Assembly (NCBI RefSeq): GCF_001194135.2
Contig: NC_068985.1
Span: 5,495,239-5,559,238, forward strand
Direction of reading: 5' to 3'
From: Octopus bimaculoides
Taxonomy: Eukaryota
Length of the DNA: 64,000 nt
Shown: piece by piece, positions 10,320 to 21,877 of the stretch
Layout of the letters: each line of letters starts with the position of its first letter
Numbering within the stretch: the stretch's first letter is position 1
Translations under genes and position numbers: made by a program
Notes under the pieces: model-generated
Databases searched by the model: none
The model's input: only the letters and a program-made list of their open reading frames with translations
Told to the model about the DNA's origin: nothing

Positions 10320-11348
10320 ATGCTTTCGAAATCTGGCACACGGCTAACAATTCTAGAGGAGCGATAATTCGATTACATCGATCGTTGACTGATTTCATCG
10401 ATTTCGAGAGGATGAAAGGCAAAGTCGACTTCAGTAACATTTAGACTCTCAACATAAAGCCGGAAGAAATGTCTCTCAGCGTTTTGTTCGAAAGAACCTG
10501 CCAGCTCTCCGCCGTACCGTTGTATAAAATAATCCTTTCTCTTATAAGCACAAAGTCTAGAATTTAGGGGAGGAGGCTAGTCGGTGAAATTGACTCCAGT
10601 GCTTAACTAGTACTTATTTTATCGACCCCTAACTGGTGAAAGGCAAAGCTGACCCCGGCGGAATTTGAACTTAGAGCATAGAAACGGACGAAAATAGTTG
10701 CTAAAGCATTCTATTCGGCAGGCTAACAGTTCTGCCAGCTCGCCACTTTATAGTGGGAACAATTCCAGCAATTTTAGGGCGAGTGGATAAGTCGATTACA
10801 TCGATCTTAGTGTTTAACTGTTACTTATTTGATCGGCCCCGAACCGATGAAAGGCAAGGTCGACTCCGGCGGAATTTGAACTCAAAACGTGAAGACGAAC
10901 GAAATGCCACGGCCGACATGCTCGCTCTTCTGCCAGCTCGTCGCCTTACTGTTGTATAAAATAATATAAAAACAATTGGCGAGGCACAAAGCAGAGACAG
11001 AGCGATTGCGAGCTTGTGGTTGACGTATGCTGGTGATCGAATGTGTGCCAATTAGACTGATGGTCTTCGATTTGGATGCTGTTGAAGATAATTCCTTGTG
11101 TAACATATTATAGGCCGTTACAGATATATTTCTTTATTGCCCACAAGGGGATAAACATAGAGGCGACAAACAAAGGATTAAGTTGATTACATCGACCCCA
11201 GTGCCTAACTGTTACTTATTTAATCGATCCCGAAAGGATGAGAGGCAAAGTCGACTTCGGCGGAATTTGAACTCAGAACGTAACGGCAGACGGAATAGCG
11301 CCAAGTATTTCGCCCGGCGTGCTAACGTTTCTGCCAGCTCGTCGCCTT
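10320..11348 (-). mobile_element. Four tandem family B SINE copies (about 10320-10517, 10538-10748, 10765-10948, 11130-11348)
   Basis: Each contains GAAAGGCAA(A/G)G(T/C)(C/T)GAC and ends CTGCCAGCTC..; all on the same strand. Confidence 0.85.
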
Positions 11349-11413
11349 ACAGATATAGAAACATTACTGCAAAGCGTATGATACAAGATTTTTGTTGAGG
11401 CAAACTAGTTTAA

Positions 11414-11560
11414 TCCAGCCTTCATCAAGTGTCTTGGGGAAATTTCGAACCTGAGTTCTCATTCCTAAGGTATTTTTCGATGTTATTATAATTACTCGGG
11501 TCACTGCCTGGAATCGAACCCTACTAACCCCAAGATACCGAGTTCGATTCCAGGCAGTGA

Positions 11561-11610
<50 letters not shown>

Positions 11611-11790
11611 GCATCAAAAAATACCTTAGGAATGAGAACCCAGGTTCGAAATTTCCCCAAGACACCTGATGAAGGCTGGAGGCTATATCAGATGAAACGT
11701 TGTGTTAACAACAAACAAGATGAGGACAAATATCCATCAAATGTAAATAATGTAAATAACGCACATAATTCTTCATCTCTTAAATATAGA
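11414..11790. mobile_element. Family E head-to-head inverted dimer (minus partial 11414-11519; plus 11521-11790; hammerhead motif 11661-11706)
   Basis: The left arm is the reverse complement of about 11541-11680. Confidence 0.85.
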
Positions 11791-12122
11791 TCTCTACTAT
11801 GGTGTAGTACATCAATGTAAATCGTAAAGGCTTTTTGTTGAGGCCAGCAAGTGTGTACCAATGTGGGTCAGCCCTCCAGTGTGTACCGTTTTCGAAGTCT
11901 GCTACACCAATGTGGATCTCTGCTTCTATAAGATTTTGGAAATAATGTGGATACCATTAATCTGCTAGTTTTCTCCATAATCTAAATCTGTGGTTCCATA
12001 TTTCAGGAATCAATACTGGAAATGGAATGACAGGCAACTCAGTGCATCGCCTGGCAGGAAAGGATGCCAGCTTGTGTAGCGGACTGTTTTTATCTACTTC
12101 AATACTGCATTATATATATATG

Positions 12123-12193
<71 letters not shown>

Positions 12194-12689
12194 AACACGT
12201 ATATATTGAATAAAATGAGAAAAAGAAGAAAAGAGACTTCGGCAAACATTATTCCACTAAGGTCTGCATNNNNNNNNNNNNNNNNNNNNNNNNNNNNNNN
12301 NNNNNNNNNNNNNNNNNNNNNNNNNNNNNNNNNNNNNNNNNNNNNNNNNNNNNNNNNNNNNNNNNNNNNNNNNNNNNNNNNNNNNNNNNNNNNNNNNNNN
12401 NNNNNNNNNNNNNNNNNNNNNNNNNNNNNNNNNNNNNNNNNNNNNNNNNNNNNNNNNNNNNNNNNNNNNNNNNNNNNNNNNNNNNNNNNNNNNNNNNNNN
12501 NNNNNNNNNNNNNNNNNNNNNNNNNNNNNNNNNNNNNNNNNNNNNNNNNNNNNNNNNNNNNNNNNNNNNNNNNNNNNNNNNNNNNNNNNNNNNNNNNNNN
12601 NNNNNNNNNNNNNNNNNNNNNNNNNNNNNNNNNNNNNNNNNNNNNNNNNNNNNNNNNNNNNNNNNNNNNNNNNNNNNNNNNNNNNNNNA

Positions 12690-13140
12690 CCACCACTGAC
12701 TACTACCACCACCACCACCGCCACCACCACCGCAACTAACTCCTCCTCCTCCTCCTACTACTACTATTACTACTACTGCGCGCGTCCTCAGTGTTACACC
12801 ACCCGCACTACTACCACAACCCGCACTATCACCACCCGCACAGCCACCATATGCACCACAACCGCTACTACAGGCAAAACTACACCTGACACAATCTCAC
12901 CATGTTGTCCAATCTGAATTGCGTATGAACGGAAATGATTATATAACGACCATACACTTTATTTTGATTGGAAGCTCTACCAACGCGATTATCATCATCA
13001 TCAACATCACCATTATCATCATTATTATCATCATTATTATCAACAGTAGTAGTCGCAGTAGTTGTAGTGTTAGTGATAATAATAACAGTAGAAGAAGTAG
13101 TAGTGGTGGTGGTGGTTATGTAGAACGTAATAATATGGTG
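12690..13140. repeat. Compound trinucleotide repeats (CAC/CTC/CTA, ATC, AGT)
   Basis: Seen directly. Confidence 0.9.
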
Positions 13141-13530
13141 CCGCCGTCAAGAATATCACTCTCCTCTTACCGGAGTTAATTATAGACCTCCACAACGCTG
13201 TCCTGTTATGTGAGCAGTCAAACAGTCGCTTCAGCTGGTTTTGACTCGCCCTCCGCTTCTTGCTTTCTTTTCTTTTCTCTTTCTTTTCTTTCGTTTTCTT
13301 TTTTTTCCTCTTTTCTTCTGGTCCAACTAATATCAATTATTGACGAAATCCTGTTATTCGTTGTATTTAATGCGTTCTCTTTCCTCGCCCTACCTCTCTC
13401 GCTGCCTCTACTTCCCATTTTTCTGGGGTTTTTTTCCCTTCTTTGTACGTTGTGTGCGCTTACGTATATATTTACGTTCAATTATTCTTTTCTATATACA
13501 TACATACAAACATATATACGTATGTGTGTT

Positions 13531-13565
<35 letters not shown>

Positions 13566-13819
13566 TCAGTCACACACTCACGCATTTATTTGTGAAAAAT
13601 GCATACATACGATATTGTGACCAAGTTGTCGGAAGTAGGATGATAAACTGCGTGTCAAAGCTGCACTGCCTGAAAGCAGATGCCTGTATCAAGAGCTAAA
13701 GAGAGTTAGCATTATTAATTTCGCATCTGATACACCCTCCCACACACACACATGTATATATAAATATTCGCATGTATATAGGTATGTATATACATATACA
13801 CCCACACACACATTCATAT

Positions 13820-13872
<53 letters not shown>

Positions 13873-13912
13873 NNNNNNNNNNNNNNNNNNNNNNNNNNNN
13901 NNNNNNNNNNNN

Positions 13913-13961
<49 letters not shown>

Positions 13962-14031
13962 CACACACAGATATATACACATGCATGCATACACATACAC
14001 ACACACATATATACATACATATATATGTCTA

Positions 14032-14202
14032 TATTTTTATATATGACGTTGACCACTAACGTGGAGATTTAATATGCTAAAAATAGATCACATACGCTAT
14101 ATTTCATGTTGAGAACAATTTAGGTCTTTTTAGACATAAGATGTGATCTATTTCTAGCACATTAAATGTCCACCTTAGTGGTCGACGTCATATATAAAAA
14201 TG
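14032..14202. mobile_element. MITE-like element with 61-bp terminal inverted repeats, TA flanks
   Basis: 14033-14093 vs 14141-14201, 56/61 complementary; TA at 14030-31 and 14203-04. Confidence 0.75.
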
Positions 14203-14779
14203 TACTTTAATCCCCTGAGATTGCAGATACTGTTTCTGAATCTCTTTGATTCTTTAAATGTGCTAGCTTCCTGGTAATTAATCGATATTAATTAATATAT
14301 GATTTTTTGCCATTTTTTAAATAATATATATGTCTATATGTAGATCTATCTATCTATCTGTCTATCTATCTATCTGTCTATCTATCTATCTGTCTATCTA
14401 TCTATCTATCTATCTATCTATTACTTGGCATTGAAACGCCTCTCACGAGGGATAATGGAATATTGCACATGTGGTCAGTCAGTATTTGAACTGCAGATAG
14501 TTTNNNNNNNNNNTGCACATGTGGTCAGTCAGTATTTGAACTGCAGATAGTTTGTCGTGAGCGAAGCCAATACTATCTACCTTTTGATCTTTAATGGCCG
14601 GCATGAAGCATATATCTATGTTTAAGTGTGTTTGTATGAATGCATGTATGTATTTATGTATATATATATATATATGCATACATACACATGTATGTATATA
14701 CATATATATTAATATTTCTTTATATATATATATGTGTGTGTCCGTGTGTGTGTACGCGCGCGCGTGTGTGAAAAAATAA

Positions 14780-15010
14780 GCCGGAAAAGACATCAGATCC
14801 ACACGAAACATGAAAGAGATCGATCACGCTTCTCATACAGTAAGGGAATACAAACGAGATGGACTGAACAATTTTAACGACTGCTGAAAGCACCTTGAGA
14901 CATAGAATCTGTGACATGGACATATAACAGCATATCGTCAATTGAATTCTAATGGAGATACTGAGAATTGAGGAATTGCTGGCAACAATCTCCTGACTTT
15001 ATCCACATGT
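14780..15010 (+). pseudogene. Possible heavily decayed LINE RT remnant
   Basis: Frameshifted motifs VREYKR..FND, KAP*D..SVTW and GIAGNNLL occur in the expected RT order; weak. Confidence 0.3.
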
Positions 15011-15565
15011 CCTGCGCAGCAAAACTGGAGCAAGTATTTTTATATAGTTCAATTAAGCTGCATACTAATGTAACGTCGTTCACTTTAGATCAAAGACGAG
15101 AACCAGTCTGTTGTTTGTAAGAGAACTAATATATGCGTATAGCAGCGCCCTAGTCGTTGCACAAAGAGGCGAAAGTGGATAGGTTTCCCATTGCAAACAG
15201 ATTTGATTTCGCCATTTAATATATAAAAATGAAGAATTTACTATACGCTTTATGCTCCATGGTAATACACCAACAAAGTATCTGTATTGCAGACATTGAT
15301 CTGAAAACTCTACAAGACTTGACATAACATGTCAGTATAATAACTGAAGTATCGACATTAAAGTACGAAATAATACGGCAAAAGAAAGCTCGTCTTTCAG
15401 ACTAATGTATTTATGGCTTAAGAATAATCATCTTCACTTCAGTAGAATCAGGATGAAGGTCTACGGGGTAGTTGTCCTCTCCCAAAACCTGAACATGTGA
15501 CGCAAACCTGTGACGAAAACCTGTGCTTAATCATGAAAATTTCCTGCAGATACATGACATCATGT

Positions 15566-15810
15566 GAAGGAACGTGGCCAACAGGGTAGGATGTTGTACT
15601 TGAAGAGAAAGATTTCATTTGACGTTGTTCCAGCTCACTCAGTTATTCATGTATAAACTAGCCTTCTGATCAAGGGGAATGTAAGCCTACTCGCCTCGAC
15701 AGCGGTGTGAGATCATTCGAAAGTTAAAACGATGAGAAACGCATTGTTACCATCGATGTATAACAACATCTGATAGTCTGGGCGATCACATGATCACATG
15801 GCACTATAAG
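15566..15810 (+). mobile_element. Degenerate H-head SINE with tail type 3
   Basis: GATCATTCGAAAGTTAAAACGATG matches the minus copy at 30340-30592. Confidence 0.6.
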
Positions 15811-15961
15811 TGAGGAGTAAAATAAACAAGGATTGCCGTGTACAAATCATTTCCTCATCGGAAAAATTTACACTGAATTTATAACATAACACCAGCTGAA
15901 AGATTTTCTACGTTCATGCTGCACTAACAACTATGTATGGAATGAAAGAAACGTGGTAAAT

Positions 15962-16042
15962 GTAGTCTACGCTCTTCGACAGAAAGGAACACGAGCAAAT
16001 ATACAGAGAAAGAATAAAAACAACTTTCGGAGTTAGCGGTCA

Positions 16043-16046
<4 letters not shown>
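15962..16046 (-). mobile_element. Family D fragment (5' half of the hammerhead-like motif)
   Basis: Minus strand CCTTT CTGTCGA A GAGC GTAG, truncated. Confidence 0.6.
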
Positions 16047-16091
<45 letters not shown>

Positions 16092-17409
16092 GTGTATTTT
16101 GAAAGCGTCCTTTCCTTTTTTATGACGGTAGGATATAATCTGAGTGAATATGGCTGCTATTGGTTGAGCGACCAGATAGTATTTATTATTTGTCTTTATG
16201 TGTACTTCAATGATGTTTTCCTTTAATGTTACGTTTTCGTAATCAGCAAAAACTTCTTCCTGATAATATTGTCATCACCGTTTCTTATTCATTTGTAGCA
16301 TTCTATTGATTTTGGACAAGTATTTTGTTATTAATAATGAGTTAATCTTATGGAGATCTCTATAGGAGTATTGCATTAACGGTTAAATTCTTCTTATTTA
16401 GTTGCCATATTTTGATGGCTGCTTCTGGTAATGTATATAAATCAACAATCGAGAAAGTGTTGTACTTGTATGGCCGATGACGTTTACAATTTCTATGTTT
16501 ACATTGAAATCTCCATATGACATTGTTTACCGGAAGTTAGAAGTTTTCACGAAGAGGTTGTAAATTCTAGAATCTTTAATGTTGTTTTGCATTTAAGAGT
16601 GCTACATGTTCAGTTCAGTTTTTATGAGATTTTTGCTGACGTATTCACCTCCTTAATAACATGTATTACTTGCCGGTTTCAACATTCAATTAACCACAAA
16701 CGAAATATTCCCACTTACCCATAACTTTCAATATATTAGCGCTCTGATAGTTGCAAATGTATATAATATATATATACATGTGTATCTAAGTATACACACA
16801 AGTGTATATAAATAATATACATCTCGTAATACAAATCTTGCTGACTCCGAGGTTAGGTATTTCTAATCCTTATACGTGTTTTCATTTAATGGTTCTTCGG
16901 AGTTCGTATGTATCTGTTTCTTTCTCCCTGTCGGGTTCACTACGTCTCTCTCTCTCTCTCCCCTCTCTCACTCTGGGTGCGTATTTGAATATCTCTGTCC
17001 TGTAAACTTGATTTATTTTGAGGAATGCTCTCAAACTGCATTTTTTGGTCTTAAAAAAATGGTTCCCCTACTGAGTGAAATAATTGTAGATACCATACGT
17101 TAAAAAAAAAAAAATGAAAAACGAAGGACAAACGCAAAAAAAAGAAAAGAAAACAAACAAACGATGTGATGGTCAAGGTAGGAAAGCCTTTGATGAAAAA
17201 TAGTCTTAATCAGGGCTAAACAATAATACTAGTCATATAAGCAAACGCAGGGTCTTCTATATGGTAGCTTGGGCTGCTGAAAATAGCAACAAGGCCCACT
17301 CTAGTCCACTCTAGAAAACGCTCTTCTAATCGCCTGGAATGCGACAGTTTTCACTTCCTCGTAACTGGAATGTTTGCTTCTCAAACCCACTTTTGTGTCG
17401 CCGAAGAGA

Positions 17410-17672
17410 TGATAGTTTGAAGGCACTAAATCTGGTGAGTGTGGAGGTAATGAAGAAGTGGCTCAAAGAACAGTCAACAGAATTTTACGGGGCAGGGATA
17501 CCTGCTCTCATTCGAAAGTGGAACATTGTTATTGAGAGAAACGGTGAGTATGTTGAGAAGTAGGGATGTGATTCACAGAGGACCAGCTTCATTTTGATGT
17601 GTGATACATGTTCTTGTGTTGGTAATTATACCTGTCCTAAACAAAATGGCATCAGTTTTTTACTCACTCTCG
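17410..17672 (+). mobile_element. mariner (Tc1/mariner) transposase C-terminus and right TIR
   Basis: MKKWLKEQSTEFYGAGIPALIRKWNIVIERNGEYVEK* fits the mariner C-terminal FY..GI..L..RW..CI..GDYVEK pattern; TIR ..CTCACTCTCG followed by TA. Confidence 0.85.
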
Positions 17673-17693
17673 TATATATATATATATATATAC

Positions 17694-18030
17694 AGCCTCA
17701 GCAATAGCTGTGTGGTAAGAAGCTTTCTTCCCATTCACATAGTTCCCGGGTTCAGGTCCACTGCGTGGCACCTTGGGCAAGTGTCTTCTACTATGGCCTC
17801 GGGCTGACCAAAGCCTTGTAAGTGGATTTGGTAGACGGAAACCGAAAGAAGCCCGTCGTATAAATATATTTCTATATATATATATAATATGTATATATAT
17901 ATATATGTGCGTGTATGTGTGTCTATGTCGCTTGACAACCGATGTTGGTGTGTCTACGTCCCCGTAACCAAGCGGTTGGGCAAATGAAATCAACAGAATA
18001 AGTCCCGGGCTTACATTGAATACGTCCTAG
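17694..18030 (+). mobile_element. Family C SINE with CORE-like block
   Basis: GCTGTGTGGTAAG A-box region, GGTTCAGGTCC B-box, CACCTTGGGCAAGTGTCTT CORE-like block, internal (TA)n. Confidence 0.85.
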
Positions 18031-18366
18031 ATGTGCTGGATCAAATCTGACCAAGGGCTGAACAGCCATTTCGCCATCTTTCCCATTTCTCTCTTCAGAT
18101 GCCTCTCTGTTGTGACTTTTCTTTATCTTTGCCCATTTTTATAATCACAAATTTCTTTGGATATTATTACTGTCCAAGTGAATCTATTCACCATCTTGAA
18201 GCATCTCTCTACTTTCTGATTTCATCTGTGTCATCTAAAGAATTCCCCCCACCACCTCATCCAGCTTCCAACATCACGAGATTTTCGTCCTTTTCAACTT
18301 TTCTCGAACACGTTTCTTTTATAACCAACTCTCAACTCCTCCAACCATTACATTCCCGCACACCTT

Positions 18367-18397
<31 letters not shown>

Positions 18398-19832
18398 AAC
18401 ACACATTCTGTCCCTCTTCCACACACACTCTTTCTCTTATATAGTTATACACACACACACACACACTTTTCTCTTGATAAACTCTTCTTTTGTTTTTATC
18501 ACCTCTTCCTTCAATGCATCTATCGTCTCCAGTATCATTTCTTTACAACATCATTGAAACTATTCGGAACGTTTTTGTTAGAAATGTATCGTATTTTTAA
18601 TTGCTCAAAACTCGTATTATCCCCGTAAGTTTGATCAATATTTCCAGATTTAATCAATAATTGAAATATTTGGGTTGCAATTTTTCACTTTTCGTTTTTC
18701 GTTTCTTTTTTTCTTTTATTTTGCCTTATTCTTCATTTGATTTTAGTTTCTTTTTTTCTCATCTTCCTAACTCTAATGTTTATTTCCACACAAAGTGAAG
18801 AACCAATTCTTTGAATTCTCTATTCAGTATCTGACGCCTTTCTTTCCTTTTCAGTCTCTCATTTGCACCCATTTCTTTCTGTCTCTCTGCATCTCTGTCT
18901 CTGTCTGTTTGTCTCTCTCTCTATGCCCTCACTTTCTCTGTATTTCTTTCCGTCTTTTTTACTTCCTCTTCCTCCTTGTTATCTCTACAGTTACCGTCTT
19001 TTACTGATTGTTGAATATTTATTCTTCAAACGAACGCTGTAGTTCAAAGTTAAATCTGCCAGTTATGTGATACAATCATAGCGTCAAAAACGAACATTCA
19101 CAGCATTGAATAGTTTATTACTGGCTATTATGGAGATCACAAATGTATAATGAAGAAAAAAAAAGTGGAATTTAATGTCAAAATTTGCTGGGATTCGTTA
19201 CAAATATTTCTTGAATATTTACAGAATCCGATTATAGCTTTCATCATTCGATAACAAAATCTACCGTTACTGCTGTCGAATTGTTACTGATAAGTAGCCG
19301 TTGGTTTTGATCTTGTCGAGATGATTCACAGTAAGCAGGTAGCATATCAAAAGCTTTGAAGCGAATCACACATTCACTGAATTGGTTATTCAATGTGACA
19401 GTTTGTGTGGAAGTTTGTCCATTTGTAGATGTTACAAACGCAATGATGTTCTTTGAATTATGAGCAAACTGCTTTAATCTAGAGGTCATTATTTTAAAGA
19501 CTACATAGTTCTGTGGAAAACACATTGCTGTTAAACCATCTAATTGTTATAGCTGTAGTTGTATATCCCCAGGGCAGTCTTAATCCCACCGACAAGCAGT
19601 CAAAGACGTTCCAATCAAGGCAATCCCAACTTTTTTTAGTTTTTAGATATAGAGGGTCTAAGTTTAGACTGCCCATTGTCTTTACTTATTTGAGTCGATG
19701 GTTGGCTTTCAGTTGTGGTTCTGAGCTTATTCAATATCCAAGACTCCCTTAAATGAATGAATTTTTTTCGCGATCCCCACACATTTGCACAGAGTGAAGA
19801 TTAAACCCAATGAGCAACAGTAATACCCTGTT

Positions 19833-20210
19833 AGCGCAGGCGTGGTTGAGTGGCATGAAGTTTGCTTCCCAACCACATGGTTTCGGGTTCAATCCCATTG
19901 CGTAGCACCTTGGGCAAGTGTCTTATGCTATAGCCTCAGGCTAACCAAAGCCTTGTGAGTGGACTGGGTAGATGGAAACTGAAAGAAGCCCGTCGTATAT
20001 GTATATATCTATGTGTGTGCTCGTCTTCGTGTCTGTATTTGTTTTCTCCCCATGACCGCTTGATAGCCGCCGCTGATGTCTTTACATGCCCGTAACTTAG
20101 CGGTTCGGCAAAATATACAGACAGAATAGGTATCAGGCTTAAAAAAGTCCTAGGGTCGAATCGTTCGAGTAAAGAATAGTTCAAAATGGGGCCCCAACAA
20201 GTAAAGGATA
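19833..20210 (+). mobile_element. Family C SINE, near full-length
   Basis: GCGCAGGCGTGGTTGAGTGG head, GGTTCAATCCC, CACCTTGGGCAAGTGTCTT, CGTAACTTAGCGGTTCGGC. Confidence 0.85.
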
Positions 20211-20257
20211 AAACAACCTCGACATTGTCTGATAGTTTGTATCCAATCATTGTTTAG

Positions 20258-20545
20258 AATCTGTCCCTGATTAAGAACTCAAGTGTACGAACTGCTGTTA
20301 AAAGCAAACAACGGAAGAACTGTAAAACTTACAAATGTTCCGGTGTCTTGGAGAACTACCTTTGTGGGGCCCAAGGATGTGCGAAACCTGGGTTGAGAAG
20401 AACTGGATTAGAAGATTTATTTACTGCTCCTAGTAAGGTGGGCAACGGCTCTTATTGGGTCAACTTCAGTTGGTTGGATAAAACTCTACAAGAAGGTCAA
20501 TTTATTAAGCTATGACGACAGGATAAATCTTCTAAATCTTTAATC
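20258..20545 (+). pseudogene. Decayed coding-like segment, probably CR1/L2-group ORF2 C-terminal region
   Basis: LSYDDRINLLNL*S resembles LSYEERL..LNL.SL; paralogous to 21170-21345 on the minus strand. Confidence 0.4.
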
Positions 20546-20573
20546 GTACGCAGAGCTGTTGTGGCGGGATCTG

Positions 20574-20659
20574 AACACCCCCGTCAATGGACAGTTCTGG
20601 ATTTTATGAGTATGTATGCGTACCTATACAATTCAGAACCGTCCATTCACGGGGGTGTT
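20574..20659. mobile_element. 86-bp hairpin / MITE-like element
   Basis: Arms 20574-20603 and 20630-20659, 27/30 complementary. Confidence 0.65.
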
Positions 20660-20687
20660 ACTGTGTATGTAAATTACGTGTTGGTGA

Positions 20688-21086
20688 ATTCTTTTCTACT
20701 CTAGGCACAAGGCCCTAAATCTTTGAGGAGTGGGGTCCGAAAGGGTAAAAGGCAAAGTCGACCTCGGTGGAATTTGAACTCAGAACGTAAAGACAGACGA
20801 AATACCGTTAAGTATTTCTTCCGGCGTGCTAATGTTTCTGCCAGCTCGCCGCCTTATATCTGATAATATATTCTTTTCAAATCAAGGCACAAGGCCCGAC
20901 ATTTTTGGGAGTAGGGCCAGTCGCTTAGATCGACCTCAGTACACAACTGGTACTCAATTTATCGACCCTGAAAGGATAAAAGGCAAAGTCGACCTCGGTG
21001 GAATTTGAACTCAGAACGTAAAGACAGACGAAATACCGTTAAGTATTTCGCCCGGCGTGCTACCGCTTCTGCCAGCTCACTGCCTT
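20688..21086 (-). mobile_element. Two tandem family B SINEs (20688-20855 internally deleted; 20870-21086)
   Basis: AGGCAAAGTCGACCTCGG..GAATTTGAACTCAGAACG..CTGCCAGCTC in both. Confidence 0.9.
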
Positions 21087-21365
21087 CCGTGCTGATGTAT
21101 TGAGAGTTCTTAAAGGATTATACCGCAGGTTCGCAATCACAATGAAACATCATAACGAGAACAGTAATTATTCTTCGAAAATGTGTGGCTGTCTCACTTC
21201 ATTCGCCCAGAAACGGGTGCAATAATCACTGTGAGAGACCGAAATTCTTGTGAGCATTACAGTTCTTCCGTTGTTAGTGACCGAAATTCTTGTGAGCTTT
21301 ACCGTTCTTCCGTTGTTGGCTGTGAGCAGCAGTTCGTTCCTTTGACTCATCTTCCTTTTTAGTAT

Positions 21366-21654
21366 TGTTAGTCAGGGAACGCGACCGAGCAGTGATAGGA
21401 TACCACTAAGTGAATACTTTGTAGGTGATTGCCGTAGGTGCGATCTTTGCTTTTATTTGTGAAGTTCCGGGAGTGATCTCACCACGTGACTCCTCGGTAA
21501 TTGTCTTGTATAAAAGCTTCCTGTAGACACAATCCTTGTTAATGAAATTGTGGGAGGTTTATCAAACAGTATCTCGCTGATTCTGACTGAAGATAAATCA
21601 ATGGCACATGGGTCTGTGGACGACTAAGCCACAATAAATACTGTTTTTTATACA
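21366..21654 (+). mobile_element. LTR-like or pLTR-like segment (uncertain)
   Basis: TG...CA ends, TATAAAAG, AATAAA about 20 nt before the end; no TSD found. Confidence 0.3.
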
Positions 21655-21804
21655 ATGGGTAGCTATTCCGGTTCATTGATCAACTGGATCACTAATCCGT
21701 CGCAACCGACGCGAAATTAATTCAATGAATCCATTAAATATATGTATGTATGTGAGTGTGCATGCATGTGTGTTTATATATGTGTGTGATTGCGTGTGTG
21801 TACA

Positions 21805-21877
<73 letters not shown>

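Noticed and set aside
14464-14553. 40-bp direct repeat around a 10-N gap
   Set aside because: Same unmerged-overlap artefact.
16200-16700. Possible decayed Penelope RT on the minus strand (FSIVDLYT, RNGDDNI)
   Set aside because: Only two short, imperfect motifs among many stops; needs TBLASTN or a profile search to support.
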